From assembly GCA_036847245.1 (NCBI GenBank), contig DAIUAL010000002.1:1-58828 (forward strand): a stretch of 58,828 bases of DNA. The letters are read 5' to 3'. Made by a program: the position numbers and the translations under genes. The first letter of the stretch is position 1. Each line of letters opens with the position of its first letter. Shown here in pieces: positions 37,619 through 47,645 of the stretch. A model generated the notes under the pieces. It did not search any database. It was given only the letters and a program-made list of their open reading frames with translations, and was not told the DNA's origin. This stretch comes from Candidatus Kapaibacterium sp. (GTDB lineage Bacteria > Bacteroidota > Ignavibacteria > Kapaibacteriales > UBA4661).

Positions 37619-37637
37619 TGAAATGGATCACGGAGAT

Positions 37638-38627
37638 TTATCCTAAAATTTCTCGCTTCACAGCTTGAATATCGCGATGCGACAAACGCGGACCAACTTG
37701 GGCAATAACTCGTGATGCCGTGAGCGATGCCAATGTTCCTGCCGCCAACGGCGAATGACCATGCGCTAATCCGTATAAAAATCCACCGGCAAAGGAATCA
37801 CCTGCACCTGTTGCATCAAGCGGCGTCGTTGGGAATGGCGGAATATCAACAGTAACACCATCTATATATGCTTTTGCACCATTGCCACCCAGCGTCATAA
37901 CAACATTCGGTACAATCTTCGTGAGTGCCGAAAACGCACTATCAGCATCGCTTGTGCGCGTATAAGCAAGACCTTCTGTTTCATTACAGAAAATTAAATC
38001 TGCATGCTGCACAACATTGCGTAAACGCTCACCAAAAACATCGACGATAAAAGTGTCTGAGAATGTTACAGAAATTTTTGTACCTGAGGCTTTGGCAATT
38101 GTAACAGCGTGGTCGAGTGCATCAGCACCATTTGGCTCGGTGAATTTATATCCCTCAAGATATATCCATTCTGAACGTTTGATGGCATCATCATCAACAT
38201 GATCAGGTGAATATTCGCTATTCACACCAAGATGTGTATTCATCGTGCGCTCAGCATCAGGCGTAATAATAATGAAACTTGTTCCTGATGTTTTGTTAGG
38301 ATGTAGATGCGCATGCAATTCGATACCAAGCTCTTTAAACTCATCGGCATAGAGTTTACCATGTTCATCATCACCAAGCAACCCACTATACCCTGCTTTA
38401 CCGCCAAACTGTGCAAAGGCAATAACAGAGTTTGCGGCAGAGCCGCCACTGGATTTTACAGTAGGAGCATGTTCGAGCATGGCATGAAGTCGTTGCTGGT
38501 CTTCTTGAGTTGCAAGAGCCATACCGCCTTTGCGGAGATTGAGTGTTTCAAAAGCAGAGTGTTCCACCTGCACTTGAATATCTATAATTGCGTTGCCAAT
38601 GCCGAAGAGTTGAAGATCTTTTTTCAT
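37638..38627 (-). CDS. Adenosine kinase / PfkB-family carbohydrate kinase
   Basis: GIGNAIIDIQ N-terminus, and the PfkB signatures GGSAANS and DATGAGDSFAGGFLYG. Confidence 0.82.
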   Translation of the reverse strand: MKKDLQLFGIGNAIIDIQVQVEHSAFETLNLRKGGMALATQEDQQRLHAMLEHAPTVKSSGGSAANSVIAFAQFGGKAGYSGLLGDDEHGKLYADEFKELGIELHAHLHPNKTSGTSFIIITPDAERTMNTHLGVNSEYSPDHVDDDAIKRSEWIYLEGYKFTEPNGADALDHAVTIAKASGTKISVTFSDTFIVDVFGERLRNVVQHADLIFCNETEGLAYTRTSDADSAFSALTKIVPNVVMTLGGNGAKAYIDGVTVDIPPFPTTPLDATGAGDSFAGGFLYGLAHGHSPLAAGTLASLTASRVIAQVGPRLSHRDIQAVKREILG

Positions 38628-38693
38628 AGTGAAGATGAACCTAATAAATACAAAGAGAAATTATCACTGACAAGAGAATCATGCATTTGCTTG

Positions 38694-39704
38694 CTATGAC
38701 AATGTCAAAATCGCCTCACAGACCGCTTCAAAACTCATTCCTGCGGCAGATGCCGCTTTCGGAACAAGACTTGTTTCAGTCATACCGGGTAGAGTATTCA
38801 CTTCAAGACAATATGCCTGACCATCGTCATCCAGACGAAAATCAACCCGACTGTATGCGGTACAGCGCGTGGCATGATGCGCATCGAGTGCAAGTTCTTG
38901 CACATAATGCGTTTCCTCCGGTGTGAGTTCAGCAGGGCAAATGTATTGCGTATGTCCTTTCGTGTACTTGTGTTGGTAGTCGTAGAACCCGCCATCAGGA
39001 CGAATTTCAATGACAGGCAATGCTTGCGTACCAAGCACTGCAACAGTGAGTTCACGCCCACCGATAAATTTTTCAAGGACAATCGACTGCGACCATGCTC
39101 CTGCCTGATTGATCGCATCGTGCAAGTCATCCGGTGTTGCCGAATGAAGAATACTCATACCGACAGTCGAACCTTGATCGTCGGGCTTGACGACAACTGA
39201 TGGTCCCAATTCTGCAAGGATCGACGAAAGTAAATGCACATTCCCTGCCGATGACGGATCAACTGTAATACCCGGTGGAACAAGAACACGAGCGGCAGTC
39301 AAGACATCTTTCGTTAATGTTTTACTCATGCACAATGCACTGACTGCCATCTTGCTACCGGTATAACGAATACCACGCATGTCGAGCAATGCTTGCACAT
39401 AGCCATCTTCTCCGTACTTACCATGCAGAGCAATAAACACGGTATCAACTCCATCAAGCAAAGGCGACATTAAACACTCTACAACCAAGCGCGGCGGATA
39501 TTGTGCTAATTCTTCATAGCTCGGTTGAATACCGGCATTGATTGACATCGTTGGCACATCGAGAAGTCCTTGCGCACCAAGTGCCGGGTCGATAGCTTTT
39601 ACGGTGTGCCCCATGCTAACTAATGCATGATAAATAGCACGCCCTGTAGCAAGTGATACATTACGTTCGGGCGAGATACCGCCCATGAGAACTGCTATGG
39701 TCAT
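38694..39704 (-). CDS. ddl: D-alanine--D-alanine ligase
   Basis: IAVLMGGISPERNVSLATG, FIALHGKYGEDG, an ATP-grasp core and EVNTLPGMT. Confidence 0.92.
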   Translation of the reverse strand: MTIAVLMGGISPERNVSLATGRAIYHALVSMGHTVKAIDPALGAQGLLDVPTMSINAGIQPSYEELAQYPPRLVVECLMSPLLDGVDTVFIALHGKYGEDGYVQALLDMRGIRYTGSKMAVSALCMSKTLTKDVLTAARVLVPPGITVDPSSAGNVHLLSSILAELGPSVVVKPDDQGSTVGMSILHSATPDDLHDAINQAGAWSQSIVLEKFIGGRELTVAVLGTQALPVIEIRPDGGFYDYQHKYTKGHTQYICPAELTPEETHYVQELALDAHHATRCTAYSRVDFRLDDDGQAYCLEVNTLPGMTETSLVPKAASAAGMSFEAVCEAILTLS

Positions 39705-39736
39705 ATTGAAATCTGACGATGATATTGACGATGATA

Positions 39737-40570
39737 TTATTGTACAAAAGTATCGTGCAACTTACGCAAGAGCTGTAAATCCTCCCATGCGGGCTTTTTC
39801 CATTCGGGGCTACGAAGCAGAGCCGCAGGATGATAGGTTGCAATCAGCGGGATACCGCGATATTGTAATTGTTTGCCTCGTATATCGCCCATTTTGAAAT
39901 TGCTTTTCATTAAGGTATTCACCGCTGTTAAGCCAAGTGCAAGAATAATCTTCGGTTGTACAAGAGCAATCTGTTTATGCAAATAGGGTTCGCATTGCTC
40001 TACTTCTGCCAGCTCCGGTCGACGATTGCCCGGTGGCCTGCACTTAATAATATTTGCAATAAACACATCTTTGCGATAGAACTCTACTGCTTCAAGCATC
40101 TTCGTCAACAACTGTCCGCCACGGCCTACAAATGGTTCACCTTGCGCATCCTCATCAGCACCCGGAGCTTCACCTACAACCATCAATGTTGCTTTCGGAT
40201 TACCAACTCCAAAAACAAAATTCGTCCGCGTTGCCCCGAGCGGACAGTTCAAGCACGAACATATCTGTTCGCGTAATGTTACTAAATCAGGTGCTGACTG
40301 CCACTCGGCTGAAACAGTATTCGTTTTTTTCATAGTATGATCGACAGTAATATCCGCTGACTTTTCGAGGACATTTTTCGTTGTTCCGTTGTTTTGCTCA
40401 TCGCGTGAATTCTTCTCTTGCTTTCTCTGCGGCTCTCCATGATACTCCCTTTGTACTTCATGTTGCGACCTCAAGTCCACATACGAAATCGCGCCATATT
40501 GTTCTTTTTGTTGCTCAAAATAGCGGAGAGCTTTTTCCACGAGATTGCTCAAGGAAGGTTCGGGGGACAT
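39737..40570 (-). CDS. Family 4 uracil-DNA glycosylase with an N-terminal low-complexity extension
   Basis: C..C..CPL cluster, [21 protein letters not shown] and TYHPAALLR. Confidence 0.85.
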   Translation of the reverse strand: MSPEPSLSNLVEKALRYFEQQKEQYGAISYVDLRSQHEVQREYHGEPQRKQEKNSRDEQNNGTTKNVLEKSADITVDHTMKKTNTVSAEWQSAPDLVTLREQICSCLNCPLGATRTNFVFGVGNPKATLMVVGEAPGADEDAQGEPFVGRGGQLLTKMLEAVEFYRKDVFIANIIKCRPPGNRRPELAEVEQCEPYLHKQIALVQPKIILALGLTAVNTLMKSNFKMGDIRGKQLQYRGIPLIATYHPAALLRSPEWKKPAWEDLQLLRKLHDTFVQ

Positions 40571-40634
40571 ACTCTAGGAAAGGATATTTTCAAAAAATGA
40601 ACACACACAATCATGTGCCGCATCATACGGGATA

Positions 40635-42413
40635 TTATTTCTCAAACACGGGATTTGTTGCAATTGGTGGTTTGGAGAAACTACCATCCAAACCACGAAT
40701 CTCGAGGTCTTCGAGGAACAGGTCAGGCGAAATACCGCTTGCCGGAAGGAATTGCGAACCACCGGAAAAAAACGGTGGCGTTACAGCAAGAGCATAAAAA
40801 TTATACGCTGTTTTGCGCTGGCTCACAGCAACAATATCCTTGAAAACCTGTGGCACAAGACCCGTTGCCTCTGTACCGCGCATCAACTCTTCTTTACCAT
40901 TAGCATACACTTTATACACCTCAAGCAGTGCCATTGTGTTTTCACCACGCATGACAGGGAAATCACCCGATGTTAAACCAAAGAGTGTGGTAAAAAGAAT
41001 ATTCGGATTGACTGCTTTGCGTACAACAATCCCAAAAGGCAACTCACGGTCTTTGCAAAGTTTGAGCATTCGTTTTTTCAGATCCGCCGTTGACACTTGT
41101 TTCGAACGCTCGGCGGATAATTCCACGACACCATACATTGGTGCACCACCACGTTGATGTCCATTAGATTTTTTAACACGCTTATGCGGAATCCGCGATG
41201 ACAACAATGTCCGCAAATATCCCTTGTCCACAATCGTGGGCGACTCTGCAAGGATGCCATCATCATCGACTTTATACGAACCAAAAAGCGGAGTGCGCTG
41301 CGCACCATTGACAAACTCTTCTTGTGTTGGTTTAACTGCCATCGTTAAAAATTCCGGCAGAACACGTCCACCAATTTTATTCTGAAATGCCGTATTACGC
41401 TGGTTATCGGGCATACCGCGCTCGGCAAGCATTGGACGTTGCGTTGGGATATAGGGTAAAAATCCTTGTGCTAATAATTCAGCAGCGGCTTGTCCTTCAA
41501 ACAGTACGGGACCCGAATAACTATCAAATTTCGGTGCAGAAACTAACTGCGTTAGTGTTGTACAGATCTCTCGCATGGCACGCTTCAGTGAGTCAAGCGA
41601 AGGTAAACGTGCCGGTGATTTGCTATATGCGGAGTATACATTAGCAAGGGGCATGCCATCGGTTGATTGGGCAGAACACACAATTTCAATACCACAGGAT
41701 ATTGAAAGTTTCACGTACTCGCGCCCCTCGGTATTCACAAAATACCTGCGTTCGGGAATATACTCGATATTGACAGCGGAGTTTTGTAAAGCGGGAAATT
41801 CCTTGGCAATTGCCGATACTTCAACAACAATCCTTTGCCATTCCGCCATCGAGAATGTTGGTGCAATACTTGTATCAATACGGCGTTCAGGAGGGAGCAA
41901 AACAAAATCCGGTAATGAGTCTTGCTCTGCGCGATTCTGTAAGGCGGCTCTTTTTTTAGCAAAAATTTCTGCAGATTGTTTGAATGCGGCGTCGGTAGCA
42001 AGCCACAATTCACGACGCAGAGCATTATAATCAGCATCAAGAGCTGTTCGTCGATTACGGAAAGATTCTTCATCATCGGATGAACCAAAAAATCCTAATC
42101 CTACATCGAAGAAATTGGTATTGTCCATTTGGGGTGTGCCTACACGTACACTACTGCTGATCGTGCGATCGCTCCGTGATTGCGCTTCGCTAAGCGTTCC
42201 GAACTGCGCACGAACATGATATTCGGTTCGGTCGGTAAGTGTATAATCCACATAGTAAGGTGTCGGTACATTCGGTAGTCGTACTTCACGAATGCTCCTT
42301 TGTGCTTCGTCACGCAAAGCACGAAGAATTGTTTCATGCGACTGTGCAAAAAGTGTGGTACTGCACACACAACAAACAACAGATAATTTCAGCAAAAAGG
42401 AGTATCGCATCAT
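40635..42413 (-). CDS. Secreted TldD/PmbA-family protein lacking the HExxxH motif (PmbA-like partner)
   Basis: Signal peptide, and family-typical YYVDY, GPVLFEG and GGSQF segments. No HExxxH motif was found. Confidence 0.75.
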   Translation of the reverse strand: MMRYSFLLKLSVVCCVCSTTLFAQSHETILRALRDEAQRSIREVRLPNVPTPYYVDYTLTDRTEYHVRAQFGTLSEAQSRSDRTISSSVRVGTPQMDNTNFFDVGLGFFGSSDDEESFRNRRTALDADYNALRRELWLATDAAFKQSAEIFAKKRAALQNRAEQDSLPDFVLLPPERRIDTSIAPTFSMAEWQRIVVEVSAIAKEFPALQNSAVNIEYIPERRYFVNTEGREYVKLSISCGIEIVCSAQSTDGMPLANVYSAYSKSPARLPSLDSLKRAMREICTTLTQLVSAPKFDSYSGPVLFEGQAAAELLAQGFLPYIPTQRPMLAERGMPDNQRNTAFQNKIGGRVLPEFLTMAVKPTQEEFVNGAQRTPLFGSYKVDDDGILAESPTIVDKGYLRTLLSSRIPHKRVKKSNGHQRGGAPMYGVVELSAERSKQVSTADLKKRMLKLCKDRELPFGIVVRKAVNPNILFTTLFGLTSGDFPVMRGENTMALLEVYKVYANGKEELMRGTEATGLVPQVFKDIVAVSQRKTAYNFYALAVTPPFFSGGSQFLPASGISPDLFLEDLEIRGLDGSFSKPPIATNPVFEK

Positions 42414-42438
42414 AGCTTATGAATTCGTAGGAAGAATA

Positions 42439-44190
42439 TCAATTGTTCTTTTGTGTCGAAATAGGCGAGGGCAGGATCGGGGGTTTTGCTTGCGATTTCG
42501 ATTTCTTTTGTGCTTCAATCACCGACACCAATAAACTTGGTGATGATGCCGACACCGGCACACCACCGGACTCTGCGCCGCACACACCATTAAAGATACC
42601 AAGATCATTTGCTGCGGCTTGGATCTGTTTGAACGTTGTCAGCGGCGTACCGATCAAATCAACACCGCGTACTAATTCATCAGCACGACCATCGGCAAAA
42701 ATTTTATACACAAGCAAAGGCTGTACATTGAACGCATTCGGCAGAGTACGCTGAGTAAAGGTAAATCCACCCGAAATTTCTACAAAGTACAACCCAAACT
42801 CTTTCCCCTGCTTTTTGCACTCGGCACGGAGCAAAGTGCGAAGAGAGTCGAATGATACTTGATTGCGCACCTGCACTAAAAGATTCGATTGGCGAGCAAC
42901 AACACCAAATCCCGATTGCCTCCGCCCATGACCATTCGATTGAGAGAACCGTTCAATTGGCGACCGCGACATTAAGAAATTTTGAAAAGCACCATCTTTT
43001 ACGGCAACAACTTTTTGCCCTAATACGCCTTCATCGTCATACCGATAATGTCCCACGACATCGCGTCCATTCAGAGTGGTAAGAGTAGGATCAAATGTTA
43101 CATCGATAAAATCAGGAAGAATTTTTTCGCCGATAAGATTTTTAAATGTTTGGCTTGAGCGCACATCTTTTTGACGATGCCCCTCAATACGATGCCCAAA
43201 AATTTCATGAAAAAAAACACCCGATGCCTCACCCGACAGAATTGCCGGACCGGAAAATGTTTCGATGAGCGGTGCTTGACGGAGTTTTCCTAAAAGATTC
43301 ACAACCGTAGTAATATCGCTTGCCATAGCTTGTTCGCCGGGCAGACCTTCGGGTGTGAAAGCAAAGTATGAGCGGTACAAAGGAAGAGTCATACCATCAT
43401 CGGCTTTCGTCATACCTTGTGCAAAAACACGAATATAACTATCGCCTGTTTGCAAGATCGTACCTTCGCTATTGACAAACCACCGTGTTGTTACTTCAGC
43501 ACGCAAAAAAACTTCGCCTTGATAGATTGCCGGATCAGCAGCAAAAAGCCGTGAGAGCCGCTTCAAACGATTTCTCCAAGCGAGTGTATCAAAAGCAAAA
43601 ACACGTACCTGCTCGATAGCTTGCACAGGTTGTTCGCGAGAGAAATCCGGCGAAGCATCTTCTTCCTTAACCTTGACGGCTTGATTACTTACCACTTTCA
43701 CATACCGCTCAACCGATGATTTGTATTGACGATCGGTAGCAAGCCACAATGCAGAGCGAAGTGCCGCAACATCATTGCCAATCGGGAATGACGAGCCTCT
43801 CGACATTGCGGGTTGCTCAAAATTGGAACCGCGTAATTGTCGTGTATTATCCACTTGGTATGAACCGACACGCACATCAATATCAAGTGTCCGCTGGGTA
43901 TTTGCATCTTCAAGAACAATGTCGCCAAATGAGGCAGACATCGTCATTGAGCGTACTTCTGTTACGGCATACCCTATAAAATAAGGGGGATGTTGCTCCG
44001 ACGAAAACTTTTGCATTGTGCGCTGCATTTCAGCACGCATCGCTTGCAGAACGGGATGCTCCGTTTGTGCATGGAGTTGATACGGCACACCACCTATCAT
44101 CAGGAACAGGCTCAACAGCAGAATAGATAGGATACTTTGAGATAGATAACGGCAACAACAATTTCGATCCACGCGCTTTGCTCTCCTCAT
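42439..44190 (-). CDS. Secreted TldD-like metallopeptidase
   Basis: Signal peptide and the zinc motif FFHEIFGHRIEGH. The paralogous gene lies immediately downstream. The ATG is at 44190. Confidence 0.78.
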   Translation of the reverse strand: MRRAKRVDRNCCCRYLSQSILSILLLSLFLMIGGVPYQLHAQTEHPVLQAMRAEMQRTMQKFSSEQHPPYFIGYAVTEVRSMTMSASFGDIVLEDANTQRTLDIDVRVGSYQVDNTRQLRGSNFEQPAMSRGSSFPIGNDVAALRSALWLATDRQYKSSVERYVKVVSNQAVKVKEEDASPDFSREQPVQAIEQVRVFAFDTLAWRNRLKRLSRLFAADPAIYQGEVFLRAEVTTRWFVNSEGTILQTGDSYIRVFAQGMTKADDGMTLPLYRSYFAFTPEGLPGEQAMASDITTVVNLLGKLRQAPLIETFSGPAILSGEASGVFFHEIFGHRIEGHRQKDVRSSQTFKNLIGEKILPDFIDVTFDPTLTTLNGRDVVGHYRYDDEGVLGQKVVAVKDGAFQNFLMSRSPIERFSQSNGHGRRQSGFGVVARQSNLLVQVRNQVSFDSLRTLLRAECKKQGKEFGLYFVEISGGFTFTQRTLPNAFNVQPLLVYKIFADGRADELVRGVDLIGTPLTTFKQIQAAANDLGIFNGVCGAESGGVPVSASSPSLLVSVIEAQKKSKSQAKPPILPSPISTQKNN

Positions 44191-44265
44191 CAATGAGCAA
44201 TGATACAAGAAAATAATTCTTTCTTTTTGTTCTCTACATTTTCACACAACACATACTTCCAATAA

Positions 44266-44290
44266 CCAATAGTTTGAAATAAACTATTGG
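44266..44290 (-). terminator. Terminator-like hairpin after gpmA
   Basis: 10-bp stem CCAATAGTTT/AAACTATTGG with a 5-nt loop, 10 nt past the stop. The T tract is weak. Confidence 0.45.
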
Positions 44291-44299
44291 AAGACAGCC

Positions 44300-44917
44300 C
44301 TATTCTACGGGTGCGAGATACTGTTTGCTAAGTACTTCAAGATTATCTGACAACTCGTATACAAGCGGATTTGCTGTGGGGATATTGAGCTCCAACACTT
44401 GTTCTTTCGTAAGATGCTCTAAGTGCATTGCCAGGGAACGCAGTGAATTACCATGCGCGGCAATAAGAACATTTTTTCCTTCACGAAGTTTTGGAGCAAT
44501 TTCTTCTTCAAAGTATTTCACCACACGAATTTGCGTCATTTCAAGGGACTCACCATTCGGCGGTGGCACATCATAACTGCGTCGCCAGATTTTGAGCTGT
44601 TCCAAACCATATTCACGCCCTACATCATCTTTGTTCAAACCCTGCAAATCACCATAGTGCCGCTCATTCAGTGCTTCATGCCGTGTTGTAGGAATGTTCG
44701 TTTTACCTGCATCGGTAAGTGCAATCTCGGCTGTACGCATCGCACGAGTCAGCACTGATGTGAAGAGATAATCAATATGATAAGGTTTCAAGAGTGTACC
44801 GGCGCGATGTGCTTCTTGCACACCTTGCTCGGACAAATCTTGATCGACCCAACCAGTAAAACGATTTTCAAGATTCCATAAGGACTGACCATGACGAAGC
44901 AAAATGAGTGTAGGCAT
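44300..44917 (-). CDS. gpmA: 2,3-bisphosphoglycerate-dependent phosphoglycerate mutase
   Basis: LILLRHGQSLWNLENRFTGWVD (catalytic His) and AAHGNSLR. Confidence 0.9.
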   Translation of the reverse strand: MPTLILLRHGQSLWNLENRFTGWVDQDLSEQGVQEAHRAGTLLKPYHIDYLFTSVLTRAMRTAEIALTDAGKTNIPTTRHEALNERHYGDLQGLNKDDVGREYGLEQLKIWRRSYDVPPPNGESLEMTQIRVVKYFEEEIAPKLREGKNVLIAAHGNSLRSLAMHLEHLTKEQVLELNIPTANPLVYELSDNLEVLSKQYLAPVE

Positions 44918-44996
44918 ACTGATTTTTGTAAAAGAATGTTAGAGAGAAAAAGTTTTAGTAATGATATTGGGATACAACAATGAATGCACGATTAAC

Positions 44997-45500
44997 TCAT
45001 GAAGCGTTTACCCAATCGATTACACGCTTTAAAACACGGCGTTCATCGTCTGTAACAACTTGATCGGCGGCAACCACATACTTGCCATAGCGCGTCAGGA
45101 GTTCTTTCAAATTAGCTTGTGCCGTATAGGAGCGACTACCCAATTGACGCAAGAGTGCCAGCGTTTGGATAGGAACATTCGGGTTTGCACGAATGTCATT
45201 TAGGAGCTTGTTGCTCACTTCGGTTACCTGCTTCTTGGTATTCTCTGTTAAATCATCCCATCCATTGATAATGAGTGTGTGACCAAACATAATTCCGGCA
45301 ACTGTTATCATAAACAAGCCGCGCTCTTCATCGCCAAAATCACGATCAGCAATACCACACAATAGGGTAATCTTAGCAATATCCATGAGAATAGTTGAGC
45401 GAAACTTCATGGAAATTTGCGCCGGCAATTCTACTTCCATCTGTGCTATAGTTTTCGTGATTGCAACAGCATCGCGAATAGAATTCAAATGAATGTTCAT
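44997..45500 (-). CDS. Hypothetical protein, possibly TerB-like
   Basis: ATG at 45500 (MNIHLNS). Two D/E-containing helical motifs (GIADRDFGDEERGLF and AADQVVTDDERRVLKRV) resemble TerB/DjlA N-domains. Weak assignment. Confidence 0.4.
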   Translation of the reverse strand: MNIHLNSIRDAVAITKTIAQMEVELPAQISMKFRSTILMDIAKITLLCGIADRDFGDEERGLFMITVAGIMFGHTLIINGWDDLTENTKKQVTEVSNKLLNDIRANPNVPIQTLALLRQLGSRSYTAQANLKELLTRYGKYVVAADQVVTDDERRVLKRVIDWVNAS

Positions 45501-45574
45501 ACTATGAGGTGATGATAATGAGAAGAAGAAAAAGAAACAGAGGCTTACAATACATGAGGCATCGTTGAGCACTA

Positions 45575-45994
45575 TCAAACATCGGAGGTGGACTGTGCAG
45601 GCTCACACAACTCCATCAAGACACCATTGGTGGATTTCGGGTGCAGAAAAGCAATCAGCATATCATGTGCACCGGGCACGCCATGCGTATTGATGAGTTG
45701 CACTCCTTCACCTGAAAGTCGCTTCAATTCCTCGTTTACGCCTTGTGTTGTGAATGCAATATGATGAATACCTTCGCCACGTTTTTCAATAAATTTTGCA
45801 ATTGGTGAATCGTCATGGGTCGCGGCAGTCAATTCGATCAGGACATCGCCTTGTTTGAAAGATGCAATAGCAACTTTTTGTTCATCGACGACTTCTTCAT
45901 GAAAGTGCTGTACTTGAAAAATTTTTTCAAAGAGGGCTTTGCTTGCCGACAAGTCGCGTACGGCAATACCGATATGATTTACACCTTGTATCAT
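45575..45994 (-). CDS. mce: Methylmalonyl-CoA epimerase (VOC family)
   Basis: VNHIGIAVRDL, IELTAA, GEGIHHIAF and GVLMELCE. Confidence 0.85.
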   Translation of the reverse strand: MIQGVNHIGIAVRDLSASKALFEKIFQVQHFHEEVVDEQKVAIASFKQGDVLIELTAATHDDSPIAKFIEKRGEGIHHIAFTTQGVNEELKRLSGEGVQLINTHGVPGAHDMLIAFLHPKSTNGVLMELCEPAQSTSDV

Positions 45995-46060
45995 AACCTT
46001 GAAATCTCCTGAACATCATCATAAAAAAGTCGTAAAACGAGAGATCTACATAGGAGAACT

Positions 46061-46822
46061 CTATGCCGGTACGATCATCGCTTCCGCATCAGCTAATTGA
46101 TCAACTGTATTGACACCAAGTACCTCATGAAAAGCATCCGTTTTCCATGCACGAACAACATGCCCTTCTGCTAAGAGAATTTCCACAATCGTTGTCAGGT
46201 AGTACTCGCCTTGCGCATTGTTATTCGCAACCTTTTTGAGCGATGCAAAAAGGTGCCCTGCGGAAACAATATAAATGCCACTGTTGATTTCTGTAATCTC
46301 ACGCTCTGCTTCGGTTGCGTCTTTATGCTCAACAATTTTAAGAACATTACCCCTATCATCGCGGACTAATCGACCATAGCCGGTTGGATCGGGTGCTTCT
46401 ACCGACAACACTGTCAGCACAGCATGAGTACGCATGTGCTCTTCAGTAAATGCACGCAATGTTTCTGCACGAAGCAAAGGAACATCACCCGACAGAATGA
46501 TAACATTACCGGTAAAATCACGAAGAATGGGCTCTGCTTGATCTGCGGCATGACCGGTACCCAACTGCGGCTCTTGTACTGCAAAGTGCATTGGATACTG
46601 CGCTATAGGGAATGTTGCTTCAATAAACTGTTGTACGGCTTCACGCTGAAATCCAACGATCGTAACGATATACGCAGGATTCAATGAAAGTGCCTGGTGC
46701 ATAACATACTCGATCATGGGTTTACCATGCAATTCAAACAGCACTTTCGGCTTGTTGGGATTATTCATACGGGTGCCCTTGCCGGCGGCAAGGATAACCA
46801 CACTCACAGATTGTTCAGCCAT
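46061..46822 (-). CDS. Sugar-1-phosphate nucleotidyltransferase (GlmU N-terminal domain-like, no acetyltransferase domain)
   Basis: VVILAAGKGTRMNNPNKPKVL and ILSGDVPLL. The 253-aa product ends before any left-handed beta-helix region. Confidence 0.75.
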   Translation of the reverse strand: MAEQSVSVVILAAGKGTRMNNPNKPKVLFELHGKPMIEYVMHQALSLNPAYIVTIVGFQREAVQQFIEATFPIAQYPMHFAVQEPQLGTGHAADQAEPILRDFTGNVIILSGDVPLLRAETLRAFTEEHMRTHAVLTVLSVEAPDPTGYGRLVRDDRGNVLKIVEHKDATEAEREITEINSGIYIVSAGHLFASLKKVANNNAQGEYYLTTIVEILLAEGHVVRAWKTDAFHEVLGVNTVDQLADAEAMIVPA

Positions 46823-46892
46823 ACAAAAGACTAATACTCAATAAAACAACAGAACAACTTCTCTTCTCAAACTTTTCTTTTGGTGTTACCGA

Positions 46893-47228
46893 CTACATAA
46901 ATCCTAATTCCAACATAGCAACTTCCGACATTTTGGAACGCTCCCATGGTGGATCAAACACTACATCGACCAAACAACTTTTGACATCAGGAATATCAGC
47001 AAGACGTTGCTCGACCTCGCCCGGAAGCGTTCCGGCGGCAGGACAATTTGGCGAGGTCAGTGTCATCTCTACCTGCACATTGTTGTCTGCATCAATTGCC
47101 ACCTTATATATGAGACCAAGTTCAAAAATGTCCACCGGAATTTCCGGATCATAGCAGGTTTTCAGAACACTGGTAATACGTTCTTCCATTTCCGGAACTG
47201 TCCCTGCATTGATAAATGTTGTTTGCAT
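46893..47228 (-). CDS. DUF59/SufT-like Fe-S cluster assembly protein
   Basis: VLKTCYDPEIPVDIFELGLIY and LTSPNCPAAG motifs. Confidence 0.85.
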   Translation of the reverse strand: MQTTFINAGTVPEMEERITSVLKTCYDPEIPVDIFELGLIYKVAIDADNNVQVEMTLTSPNCPAAGTLPGEVEQRLADIPDVKSCLVDVVFDPPWERSKMSEVAMLELGFM

Positions 47229-47645
47229 TACATCTTCCCCCTTTGATTCATTGTTCGTATATCATTATTCGTACATCATCGTCCACATCATCATCCGTCG
47301 CCGATCACTCGCGTCAGCAAGCACATCGTATTATTGCTACCAACGTAGACGCGCAATATACAATCCAAAATGATTTGGGGTATATGCTTGGTAAAGAATT
47401 TACGTGATCGTCGTAAGTGAATCGTACTCATGAGACATTGGACAAACACACCTGCGAAAACCAAAACATTAGCGTAATTTTGCCTAAAGAGAAACTTCAC
47501 TTGTATCTGGTATGAATGACAAGGTATGGATAGTAGTTGTGTAGGATACCATTACCATGCGTTTATATCTTCACTCACTCATACTTTGACTCTTTTAATT
47601 TCTGCCTATAATCCATTATTTCCTTTTTTCACATTTACGAACATT

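Noticed and set aside
47229-47645. 417-bp intergenic region between the sufT-like gene and pfkA as a possible riboswitch or sRNA locus
   Set aside because: I could find no recognisable riboswitch core, strong hairpin or conserved motif. The only ORF there (47291..47500, 69 aa) looks spurious. It is left as unexplained non-coding DNA rather than a finding.
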